This document shows positions 47,864-58,100 of a stretch of DNA of 64,000 nucleotides, piece after piece. Origin of the DNA: a virus. Taxonomy: Duplodnaviria > Heunggongvirae > Uroviricota > Caudoviricetes. Position numbers and translations under genes: made by a program. The notes beneath the pieces are model-generated. The model was not told the DNA's origin, did not search any database, and worked only from the letters and a program-made list of their open reading frames with translations. The stretch lies in IMG/VR virus record IMGVR_UViG_3300045988_145635, one strand, 5' to 3'. The number at the start of each line of letters is the position of its first letter. The first letter of the stretch is position 1.

Positions 47864-48199
47864 ATGGAAAGACAGACGTTTAATTGGTATCCAGATTACG
47901 AATCTGAGAAAAGCGTAAAACCGAATGTAACGGTACTTAATTTTGGTGATGACTACGAGCAACGACAGGCTCAAGGTCTTAATCGTATTAAAGAAGAATG
48001 GTCGCTAACCTTTACCAGACCATACAACGAAATTAATGCAATCGATGACTTCCTGACTGAGCGAGCAGGCGTTGAGTCGTTCTATTGGGTTAATCCAAGA
48101 GGAAAACGGATTGTAGTTGTATGTGACAGTCATACGGTCAAGCGATATCAGGGGTACTGTGTCTTAACTGCTACATTCAGACAAGTATTTGAGGCTTAA
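47864..48199 (+). CDS. Minor tail protein, lambda gpM-like
   Basis: 111 aa; FGDDYEQR and WVNPRG motifs reminiscent of lambda M; position. Confidence 0.65.
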   Translation: MERQTFNWYPDYESEKSVKPNVTVLNFGDDYEQRQAQGLNRIKEEWSLTFTRPYNEINAIDDFLTERAGVESFYWVNPRGKRIVVVCDSHTVKRYQGYCVLTATFRQVFEA

Positions 48200-48281
48200 G
48201 TATCTGGATAAGTAAGTACTAATTTACTATCATTGTGGCGCTGACAGGATGTTAGCGCCTACTTATTTCAAGGATGAAACA

Positions 48282-48980
48282 ATGGGAATTAAAGCTGATA
48301 TTCAGAGCTTATCTCCCTCTGCACTCATTGAGTTGTTCGTACTGGATATGTCGAACACAACTTCAGGGGGGAAGCTATTCTTCCACGCCGGAACAAACGA
48401 ACTGATGCAACCGGTCGTCTGGCAAGGAGTGACATACGAGCCGTGGCCAATCAAAGCATCAGGCTTTGACAAAACTGGCCAGGGAACGTTGCCACGTCCA
48501 AAAATTCAGGTATCGAACTTTGCCGGAACTGTCTCTGCGGAAGTTCAGGCAAACGACGATCTTGTTGGCTGCCGCATTATTCGCAAGATGACACTGGCTC
48601 GCTTCCTCGATGCCGTTAATTTTAAAGACGGCAACCCAACAGCAGATCCAAACCAACATTTCCCGGATGAAATGTGGTTTATCGAACAGAAAACTCTCGA
48701 AACTCATCAGGTTGTCGAGTTTGAATTGTCCAGTGTGTTCGATTTGATGGGGGTGCAACTGCCGTATCGTCAGATCATTAAAAACACCTGCCCGTGGAAA
48801 TACCGAGGGCCAGAATGCGGCTATACCGGTCCATATATCGACAAAAATAACCAGCAGACGTCTATGTCTGGTGCGGATTACTGCACAAAACGTTATGACG
48901 CCTGTAATGCGCGTCGGAATTATTTTGTCGACGGTGTGATCCATTTTGGCGGATTTATTGGAGCTACGCGGTATGGGTAA
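48282..48980 (+). CDS. Minor tail protein, lambda gpL-like
   Basis: ARFLDAVNF and Cys cluster CPWKYRGPECGY ... C..C as in lambda L. Confidence 0.75.
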   Translation: MGIKADIQSLSPSALIELFVLDMSNTTSGGKLFFHAGTNELMQPVVWQGVTYEPWPIKASGFDKTGQGTLPRPKIQVSNFAGTVSAEVQANDDLVGCRIIRKMTLARFLDAVNFKDGNPTADPNQHFPDEMWFIEQKTLETHQVVEFELSSVFDLMGVQLPYRQIIKNTCPWKYRGPECGYTGPYIDKNNQQTSMSGADYCTKRYDACNARRNYFVDGVIHFGGFIGATRYG

Positions 48981-49770
48981 TAAAGCAATCCCTGAGCTTG
49001 GCTCTGACGTTATGCAGCAAATCTATCTCTGCGCCATAAATCGCTACCCTAATGAAGCGTGTGGCTTTCTGGTTAGAACTAATGGCGACAAATATCGCTT
49101 TATGGAAGCGCGGAATGTTTCAGAGAACCCGCAGAACACTTTTGTAATGCACGTTGACGACATTATGGCGGCAGAGGATGCAGGTGACGTAATCGCAATC
49201 TGGCATTCACATACTGATGAATCAGCAGAAGCATCTGATGCCGATCGTGCAGGCTGTGAAGCGACGGAAGTTCCGTGGATGATTCTGGCTATTCGCAAGA
49301 ATGTTGAGGGAGATGCCCCTTTCCATTTTAGCGAGATGAATGTGATCACACCTGATGGTTTCGAAATGCCATACCTGGGCAGACCGTATGTATTTGGCGT
49401 ATTCGATTGCTGGATGTTGTGTCGGGACTATTTGAAGCGTGAGTTTAACGTCGAACTAAACCCGAACGCACACCTGCATATTCCATCGTGGTACACCGGC
49501 GATAACGACATTCTCGACCAGAACTACCGAAACGAAGGATTGGTACGGCTTGCGCCCGGAACAGAACCTCAACGTGGGGACGTCTTCTTTATCCAATACG
49601 GAAAAATGCCTGACCACTGTGCGGTTTATATCGGCGATGGAATGATTCTTCATCACCAGATCGACCGTCTTAGTTGTCGTGCTTATTACGGCGGGATGTA
49701 TCAGAAACATACGACGCATCACTTGCGTCACAGAGACTTGCTCAAGGGAGATGAGACGTGTCTGAGTTAG
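48973..49770 (+). CDS. Tail assembly protein, lambda gpK-like (JAB/MPN + NlpC/P60)
   Basis: JAMM-like HSHTDESAEASDADR; second domain with conserved Cys/His (FDCWMLCRDY ... HCAVYIG). Confidence 0.7.
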   Translation: MGNKAIPELGSDVMQQIYLCAINRYPNEACGFLVRTNGDKYRFMEARNVSENPQNTFVMHVDDIMAAEDAGDVIAIWHSHTDESAEASDADRAGCEATEVPWMILAIRKNVEGDAPFHFSEMNVITPDGFEMPYLGRPYVFGVFDCWMLCRDYLKREFNVELNPNAHLHIPSWYTGDNDILDQNYRNEGLVRLAPGTEPQRGDVFFIQYGKMPDHCAVYIGDGMILHHQIDRLSCRAYYGGMYQKHTTHHLRHRDLLKGDETCLS

Positions 49771-50351
49771 TTCATGTGCAGCTTGGCGGCCCTATGGCCA
49801 AACATTTTGGCCGCCACTGGCATCTAAAGGTGCGCAATACAAAACAGGCTCTGGATTTAATTGAGGCCAACAAGCCTGGGTTTAAAGCATGGATGAAGCG
49901 CAATATCAAAACCTATGACCGTTACCACATCCAGATCACCAATAAACAGGGCCACAAGTGGTCTGTGGACGAGAGTGAATATCAGATGATGGGGCAGTCT
50001 GACAACATTGCAAAAATCCGCATTACCCCTGTTCCGCGAGGGAGCGGCGGATCTGCTTTTGGGTGGTTTCAGACGGTAGTAGGCGCCGCTTTGTTGGTTG
50101 TATCGGCGGTAATGATGCCTGCTTTAGCACCTCTCGGTTTGTCACTGATGATGGGTGGTATATCACAAATCATATCGCCGCAAGCCACTAACGAAAGTGT
50201 GAGGCAAGCGGATAATTCGAACTCATATTATTTCGACGGCCCTCAAAATACAGAAAACCAGGGAAACCCAGTACAACTTATCTACGGCGAGGAAATTCTG
50301 GTTGGCTCACAGGTTGTGAGTTCTTCAATCACGATTGACCAGCTAATGTAA
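49758..50351 (+). CDS. Tail assembly protein, lambda gpI-like
   Basis: Position; hydrophobic C-terminal segment; GTG start overlapping K. Confidence 0.6.
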   Translation: MSELVHVQLGGPMAKHFGRHWHLKVRNTKQALDLIEANKPGFKAWMKRNIKTYDRYHIQITNKQGHKWSVDESEYQMMGQSDNIAKIRITPVPRGSGGSAFGWFQTVVGAALLVVSAVMMPALAPLGLSLMMGGISQIISPQATNESVRQADNSNSYYFDGPQNTENQGNPVQLIYGEEILVGSQVVSSSITIDQLM

Positions 50352-50369
50352 ACAAGGATTTTTTTGAAC

Positions 50370-53300
50370 ATGGAACAGTTCAAGAAGAAAAAGTTACCGC
50401 TGTTTATTGCAGGTGCGGGTGGTAAAAAAAGCAGCAAAAGCTCCAGCCGTACACCGGTTGAAGCCGACGATACCGTAAATTCTCGTGCAATGGCCGCTAT
50501 CCTCGATCTTCTTGGGGAAGGGGTAATTGGCGGCTTAGTAAATGGCGCAAGATCTATTTTTATCGACGATCTGCCGATTGTAAATGAAGACGGTTCCTCC
50601 AACTTCAGCGGAATCACATGGGATTTTCGCGACGGTTCACAAGACCAGACTCCAATGTCTGGCTTTGATTTCGTTGAAACGCCTAAATCCGTCAATATCC
50701 AGTTAAAAAAAACACATTATGTAACGGTTTCAATCGATAACGATGAAGCTGATCGGGTTCGTGTCATCATGAAGTTTCCTTCTTTGCGAAGCATAGATAA
50801 AAAAACTGGTGACACGAACGGTACGACTGTTGAGTACAAGTTCCAGATAGCAAATGGCGACTCAACATTTGTAGATGTGGTCGCTGAAGGTGAAAAAAGC
50901 GTTGGCATTAAGCTAACAGCAAAGAAGACCGGCGTTTATTACCGTAGCTATGAGCTGAAGCTGCCTAAGCCTGGACGAGCATACAAGGTTCGTGTGGTCC
51001 GTATTACCGATGATAACAGTAGCCAGTATCTCTATAACGATACATGGGTGGATTCAATCGGGGAAATTGTCGATACACCGATGAACTATCCAAACTCTGT
51101 TTTGGTTGGATTGAAGGTAAACTCTGAGCAATTCGGCAGCACCATGCCATCTCGCTCTTATCTGGTGCGTGGCCTAAAAATTCGAGTACCTTCAAACTAT
51201 AACGAGTCCAGTAACACTTACGCTGGGGTATGGGATGGCACTTTTAAGCTGTTGTCTTCTTCGAACCCCGCGTGGATTCTCTTTGATTTGCTGACCAATG
51301 CTCGATATGGCCTTGGTCAGTATGTGTCGGAATCTATGATTGACCTTGGCCAGTTGTACCAGATTGGTCGATATTGTGACGAAGAGGTCGATGATGGCTT
51401 TGGTGGCAAAGAGAAACGCTTTGCAATCAATACGCAGATCACCAGTCGACAGGACGCATACCGGCTAATTCAGGATATTGCTGGAGCATTCCGCGGCATG
51501 GTGTTTTGGGCTGGTGGGATGGTTAACATCATGCAGGATAGCCCATCAGATCCGGTAATGATGTTTACCAACTCTAACGTCAAAGATGGATTGTTTACCT
51601 ATAAAGGTTCTGCGCGTAAAGATCGCCCATCCGTTGCGCTCGTAACCTACAACAACAAGGAGGACGGTTATAAGCAAAACATCGAGTACGTCGAAGATCA
51701 GGACGCAATGCGCCGTTATGGTGAGCGTAAAACAGAAGTCGTAGCATTTGGCTGTACAAGCCGAGGGCAGGCTCACCGAGTTGGTTTGTGGCTTTTATAT
51801 ACCGCCAGAATGGAGTCGGATGTAATTACATTTACTGCCGGCTTAGACGCGTCATTTCTGATGCCTGGTGAAACCGTTCTGATTCAGAACAAATATCGCG
51901 CAGGCAAACGTAACTCAGGTCGAATTGTGGCGTTTACCAAAAACAGCGTCACACTCGATGCGCCTGTGTCGTTAGCCAAAGGCGGCTGCTTTATTCGAAT
52001 ACTGAATCAGGAAGGCAAAATCGTTGAACGCGATGTTCTTGAAACTGGCGAAAATATAACAAAAGTTACGTTTTCAAAAGCCCTGTCTTCGGCTGAAACG
52101 CCTGTTTTGAACGGCGTCTGGACTATTACAGAACCAGACCTCGAACCTATGCGCGTTCGCATCGTTAACATCGCGCAGGGGGAAACGCCGGGTAGCTTTG
52201 ACATCACCGCTGTTGAGAACAATCCGTCTAAATATGAGGCAATCGACAATGGTGCAACGCTGATCCCGCAGAATACGACGGTATTGGACCCAACTTACTC
52301 CAAGCCATCTAATCTGCAAATCACTGAAGGGACTTATCTCTCAAGCCCGGGCAACCTGTCAGTAAAACTGACTGCAACATGGGAAGGGAAATCTCCAGAG
52401 TATTGGATCAGTTGGCGACGTTCTGATGAAAACAATGTATCGAACTGGCAATCGGCGCGTGTAACCGAAGAGCAATACGAAATCGTTAATGTCGCGGAGA
52501 ATGGACGCTACGACTTCCAGCTGTATGCGGTTTCATTCAACGGTAAAAAAACAGAGATTATCAGTGCCGTTTATCAGGTGTTGGGCACAATGACACCGCC
52601 GGATTCCCCAACGTCATTAACGGCCGTTGGAGACTATCGTAATGTGATACTGAATTGGGTTAATCCAGATTCGGTAGACCTTGATCACATTAATGTTTAC
52701 GCATCCCAGACCAACAATCTGGATACGGCGAAACTGATCGCAGAGTCTGCAAGCACCACCTTTACACATGCTGGTCTTGGGGATAGCGAAACGTGGTATT
52801 ACTGGGTTCGAGCATCGAACAAGCGAGGTATGTTAAGTCCTCCGAACTCAAACTTGGGTACAGAGGCGACAACTCGCGATGTACTGTCGTTCCTGACTGG
52901 CAAAATTACATCTTCCGAGCTTGGTCAGGCTCTGCTTGAGGACATCAACAGCAAAGCCTCTCAAGAAGCAGTTGACGAGTTAAATGAGCATATCAACCAG
53001 AGCGTCGAATCTTTGGAGGGGGCGGTAAACGACGTTAAGGAAGATATAGCTGAATTAGATAAGCAGTTCAGCGATAACCTCGCGGATTTTGAAATAAAAT
53101 TCAACGAGCGTAGCGATGCTTTGGAGAACGCACAAACCGAGCTTAAAGGTGAGGTTTCGGCAACGATCGACAAGGTCAATGAAGCGTTTGAAAAAATTGA
53201 TGCTACTGATGCTGCAATTGTTGAAATCGAAAACACCGTATCTGAACACGATAAAGCTCTCGCTAATACAGTCGAGGCAATAAAGGCTGCAAGAGATGAA

Positions 53301-55097
53301 GCGGCGGCTCTTATTGCTAAGGAAAGCGAGGCTCGTGTTGAAGGCGATGCTGCAAACGCTAAACAACTGGAAGTGTTGCAGTCAACGGTAGAGGAAAGCT
53401 CCGCTGCCGTTGAAGAAATGAAAAAGACGGTTGCAGAGGTCGATCGTGCCAGTGCAGAACTGACTACGAACATTGAGGCGTTAGCCAAAACAAATATTGA
53501 CCTGGCTCTTCGTCAAGATGAAGACCAGCACAAGCAGATGGTCAATAACGCGAAGATCGCAACAACACAGAAAACCTTTGCTGATGATATGTCTGCAATG
53601 GCCACGAAGGTTGAGGAAATTCGCGTAGAAATTGGCGAAGACATTAAGGCCAGTATTCTGGAAGAGTCCACCGCTCGTGCCGATGGCGATGAAGCGTTGG
53701 CAAAGCGTGTCACTCAGCTGCAATCTAAGTTTGAAGGAGATATCAGCGCGGCGATTAGTACAGAGCAGGAGGCTCGTACATCTGCCGATGAAGCTCTGAC
53801 GACACAGATCACTCAGCTTGAGTCGAAAGTAAGCAACGATATCGTCGCAGCTATTAAGGAAGAGCAAGAAGCCCGAGCAACGGAAGATTCGGCTCTGGCA
53901 AGCCAGATCACCCAACTTCAGGCAAAGGTTGATGATGATATTTCTGCTGCAATACGTAGTGAGCAGGAGGCCCGAGCAAGCGGGGACTCTGCGTTAGCCA
54001 AACAAATAAACCAGCTTCAGTCAAAGGTTGACGGTGATATATCCGCGGCCATCACTCAGGAGCAGGAGGCCAGAGCAAGTGCTGACCAGGCGCTCTCACG
54101 AGAAATTAACAGCCTGCGAGCACAAACCGGAACTGATATTGCCGCAGCGGTTGCTGTAGAGACAAAAGCAAGGACTGATGCCGATAGTGCATTGTCTACC
54201 CAGATTACGTCTCTTACAGCAAAAGCTAATGATCTCGAGGCGTCTCTTGCCAGAGAAACAACGGCTCGTGCAGATGGTGATACCGCTTTAACAAAAGAGG
54301 TTTCAAGTTTAAAAGCACAGACAGCGAAAGATATTAGTGCGGCCGTTGCAGTTGAAACGCAGGCTCGAACTGATGCTGACTCGGCGTTGTCGTCTCAGAT
54401 CACCAAGCTGACCTCTCAATACAAAGAGGATATTAAAGCGGCTGTAGCAACCGAAACGAAAACGCGTACAGAGCAAGATGCTGCATTGGCGACTCAAATC
54501 ACAAACTTAGAGTCTCAAACAGCAGCCAACATTTCTGCGGCGGTCACAACTGAAACGACAGCGAGAACGCAGGCAGATAATGCTCTGAGTGGGCGAATCG
54601 ATACTCTGAAAGCAGAGGTGGATGGAAATACCGCGACAATTCAACAGCAGGCAACAGCTATTGCTGATACCAACAAAAAAGTATCAACCGCGTGGACGTT
54701 GAAAATGGAGACTTCAACGAGCGGAGGGCAGAAGTATGTTGCCGGTATTGCGCTTGGTATTGACACCACTGGGCTATCTCAGTTTTTGGTTCAGGCGGAC
54801 AGGTTTGGTTTGGTCAACTCTGTTAACGGGAAGATCACAACGCCATTTGTTATCGAAAACAGTATCGCCTATATGAATGGAGCGTATATCAAGGATGGCA
54901 CAATCACCAATGCAAAAGTAGGCGATCTGCAATCTACCAATTTTGTTAGCGGTAGATCTGGATGGCGGTTCGGCAAAAATGGAACGCTTGAGATCAACGG
55001 TAATAGCGGCGGCAATGGGAGATTGGTTATAAATGGTCAGCGGATTGACGTTTATGACGATAACAACGTCCTACGAGTAAGAATTGGCCGTCTGTGA
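50370..55097 (+). CDS. Central tail fibre / host specificity protein (lambda gpJ-like) with internal tandem repeats
   Basis: ~1575 aa following M-L-K-I; fibronectin-like middle; ~11 tandem 28-aa repeats. Confidence 0.8.
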   Translation: MEQFKKKKLPLFIAGAGGKKSSKSSSRTPVEADDTVNSRAMAAILDLLGEGVIGGLVNGARSIFIDDLPIVNEDGSSNFSGITWDFRDGSQDQTPMSGFDFVETPKSVNIQLKKTHYVTVSIDNDEADRVRVIMKFPSLRSIDKKTGDTNGTTVEYKFQIANGDSTFVDVVAEGEKSVGIKLTAKKTGVYYRSYELKLPKPGRAYKVRVVRITDDNSSQYLYNDTWVDSIGEIVDTPMNYPNSVLVGLKVNSEQFGSTMPSRSYLVRGLKIRVPSNYNESSNTYAGVWDGTFKLLSSSNPAWILFDLLTNARYGLGQYVSESMIDLGQLYQIGRYCDEEVDDGFGGKEKRFAINTQITSRQDAYRLIQDIAGAFRGMVFWAGGMVNIMQDSPSDPVMMFTNSNVKDGLFTYKGSARKDRPSVALVTYNNKEDGYKQNIEYVEDQDAMRRYGERKTEVVAFGCTSRGQAHRVGLWLLYTARMESDVITFTAGLDASFLMPGETVLIQNKYRAGKRNSGRIVAFTKNSVTLDAPVSLAKGGCFIRILNQEGKIVERDVLETGENITKVTFSKALSSAETPVLNGVWTITEPDLEPMRVRIVNIAQGETPGSFDITAVENNPSKYEAIDNGATLIPQNTTVLDPTYSKPSNLQITEGTYLSSPGNLSVKLTATWEGKSPEYWISWRRSDENNVSNWQSARVTEEQYEIVNVAENGRYDFQLYAVSFNGKKTEIISAVYQVLGTMTPPDSPTSLTAVGDYRNVILNWVNPDSVDLDHINVYASQTNNLDTAKLIAESASTTFTHAGLGDSETWYYWVRASNKRGMLSPPNSNLGTEATTRDVLSFLTGKITSSELGQALLEDINSKASQEAVDELNEHINQSVESLEGAVNDVKEDIAELDKQFSDNLADFEIKFNERSDALENAQTELKGEVSATIDKVNEAFEKIDATDAAIVEIENTVSEHDKALANTVEAIKAARDEAAALIAKESEARVEGDAANAKQLEVLQSTVEESSAAVEEMKKTVAEVDRASAELTTNIEALAKTNIDLALRQDEDQHKQMVNNAKIATTQKTFADDMSAMATKVEEIRVEIGEDIKASILEESTARADGDEALAKRVTQLQSKFEGDISAAISTEQEARTSADEALTTQITQLESKVSNDIVAAIKEEQEARATEDSALASQITQLQAKVDDDISAAIRSEQEARASGDSALAKQINQLQSKVDGDISAAITQEQEARASADQALSREINSLRAQTGTDIAAAVAVETKARTDADSALSTQITSLTAKANDLEASLARETTARADGDTALTKEVSSLKAQTAKDISAAVAVETQARTDADSALSSQITKLTSQYKEDIKAAVATETKTRTEQDAALATQITNLESQTAANISAAVTTETTARTQADNALSGRIDTLKAEVDGNTATIQQQATAIADTNKKVSTAWTLKMETSTSGGQKYVAGIALGIDTTGLSQFLVQADRFGLVNSVNGKITTPFVIENSIAYMNGAYIKDGTITNAKVGDLQSTNFVSGRSGWRFGKNGTLEINGNSGGNGRLVINGQRIDVYDDNNVLRVRIGRL

Positions 55098-55190
55098 TGG
55101 TGGAAAAAAAATTTTATATCGGTAAAAATAGGTAAGTATTTACTTAATGGCGGGCAAGGATAACCCGCCAAATCAAGGAGCATATTCAAC

Positions 55191-58100
55191 ATGTGGTACA
55201 GGGAAGGTACTATCACATTTACACAGGGTAGCAATACTCTGGTTGGGGCAGGGACAGCCTGGAACGTAACAGCTAATGGTGTGTTGCCGGGGATGATCGT
55301 CATTGGCCCCGACAATAAGCTGTATGAGATCAAGCGCGTAATAAGCGATACGAATATTGTTCTCTCAGAACCTTATACCGGCGAAACTCAGTCTGAGGTT
55401 CCGTGCCGAATCATTACGACCTATGAAGGCGACTTAACACAGTTTAGCGCGCGCTTTACAGCACTAATGTCGCGTATGTCGGCTGATTCCAAGTCTATGC
55501 GCAGTTGGTTGACTGCTCTGGATGAGGTGACAATCGAGCGTGAAGACGGTACAGAAGTAACCGTTAAGCCGCTAATGCAGATCGTCAACGAGCACAACGA
55601 AAACGTTGAGTGGTATAAAAATAACACTGACGCGATTGATGCTGCTGGCGACAAAGCTCGTGAGGCAGCGGCCAGTGCTGCCGCAGCAGCAGAAAGCGCC
55701 AATACCGCTGGAGAAAAAGCCTCTCAAGCGTCTCAAAGTGCATCCGCTGCGGCATCCTCACAAAGTGCCGCAAGTGCGAGTGCAACTGCTGCGAAAAAAT
55801 CTGAAACGAATGCCGCAGCGTCACAACAATCAGCAGCCACTTCTGCATCCACCGCGACCACGAAAGCGTCAGAAGCTGCCACCTCAGCCCGGGATGCGGC
55901 GGCCTCAAAAGAGGCAGCGAAATCATCAGAAACGAGCGCAGCCTCGAGCGCCAGTAATGCCGCTTCCTCGGCAACGGCGGCAGGAAATTCCGCGAAGGCG
56001 GCAAAAACGTCCGAGACGAACGCCAGGTCTTCTGAAACGGCAGCGGGACAGAGCGCCTCGGCTGCGGCAGGCTCAAAAACAGCGGCTGCGTCGTCTGCCA
56101 GTGCCGCGTCAACAAGTGCCGGGCAGGCCTCAGCCAGTGCCACCGCCGCCGGAAAATCGGCAGAAAGTGCCGCATCGTCTGCTTCAACAGCCACAACGAA
56201 GGCTGGCGAAGCCACTGAACAGGCCAGCGCAGCAGCGAGGTCTGCTTCCGCAGCGAAGACATCCGAAACGAACGCGAAAGCGTCGGAAACCCGTGCAGAA
56301 TCCTCAAAAACGGCAGCCGCATCGTCCGCCAGTTCGGCAGCGTCATCGGCATCATCTGCGTCTGCTTCAAAAGATGAGGCGACCAGACAGGCGTCAGCAG
56401 CGAAGGGCAGCGCCACGACGGCATACACGAAAGCAACAGAGGCGGCAGGCAGTGCGACGGCAGCATCTCAGAGCAAAACTGCTGCTGAATCCGCTGCGAC
56501 CCGTGCGGAAGCTGCTGCTGATCGTGCTGAAGAGATTGCCGGTGCAGTTGCGATGGAAGACGCAAGCCTTACAACTAAAGGTGTTGTGAAACTTAGCAGT
56601 GCTGTCGACAGCACCAGTGAATCGCTGGCCGCAACGCCAAAAGCAGTTAAAGTAGTCAATGACAATGCGAACAGCAGGGTGCCATCTAACCGAAAAATTA
56701 ACGGGAAAGCACTGACTGCGGATATCACATTAACGCCGAAAGATATTGGTACTTTAAATTCAATAACGATGTCTTTCTCTGGCGGGGCCGGGTGGTTCAA
56801 ACTGGCTACTGTTACAATGCCACAAGCGAGTTCCATCGTTTACATCGCATTGATTGGTGGCGCTGGTTACAACGTCGGCTCCCCACATCAGGCAGGCATT
56901 TCAGAACTGGTTCTACGAGCAGGCAATGGAAACCCCAAAGGGATTACAGGTGCTTTGTGGAAGCGTACAGCTGTCGGATTAACGAATTTCGCCTGGATCA
57001 ACACATCCGGCGATACATATGATATTTACGTTGAGATTGGCAATTATGCGACTCGTGTAAATATCCATTGGGATTGTACTGCAAATGCGACAGTTTCTAT
57101 TTATACATCGCCAACATATTCAGCTAGTAAGCCTTCCAGCGTTACCGATGGTGTTGTTTATACGATGTATAGCACACATCAGAAACCGACGCCGTTAGAT
57201 ATTGGAGCACTGCCAACAACCGGAGGAACAGTTTCAGGTCCGTTGTCTGTTACTGGTGGGATCACCGGAACATTAAATGGTAATGCAAGTACAGCAACGA
57301 AATTGCAGACGGCAAGATCTATCGGTGGAGTTGGTTTCGACGGTTCTGCAAATATCAACCTTCCAGGTGTAAATACTACGGGTAATCAGAACACCACTGG
57401 TAATGCTGCAACTGCTACAAAACTTCAGACGGCAAGAACTATCGGCGGCGTGAGCTTTGATGGTACTGCGAATATTAATTTGCCAGGTGTTAATACGACT
57501 GGTAATCAGAATACAACGGGCAACGCGGCTACTGCTACGAAGTTGCAGACTGCGCGTACTATCAATGGGGTGTCGTTTGACGGCTCGGCAAATATTTCCT
57601 TGTCGCCAACAAATATAGGTTGCCCGGCATCTCCTACTGGTTGGTTAACTACAGGAAGTAATGGCGGAGCAATAACAACAGCACAGTTAGTGACGTTATT
57701 GCAAAATAATGGTGCTTTTAATGCAAAGGCATGGATAGCGCGTTGTGCTTGGGCGTATGCAAATAGTGCATCCATACCAGACAGCGAAACAGGATGCGGC
57801 ATTATTCCACTGGCTGGCGCAGTTATTGAGGTATTTAATAACGGTAGTAGCTCAAACAATTATACGATCCGCATAACAACGGCCACAACGACAAGTGTTT
57901 CCGGTGCTCTCACTAATGCGGAGTTTATCTATGTATTTAACGGGACGAGCTATTCACCAGGATGGCGCAGAGCGTATAACACTAAAAACAAGCCTACTGC
58001 GGCTGATGTCGGAGCTTTACCACTATCTGGAGGAGCGTTAACTGGCGGATTAACGTCTTCTGGTGAGATCGTTTCAAAATATGCAAATGGTTTCCGCATT

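Noticed and set aside
55585-56589. Three long overlapping ORFs (55585-56565 minus, 55606-56589 plus, 55733-56428 minus) inside the tail-fibre gene
   Set aside because: Caused by the GC-rich Ala/Ser low-complexity repeat; translations are Pro/Arg/Gln- or Ala-rich without structure; the fibre reading frame is continuous across the region
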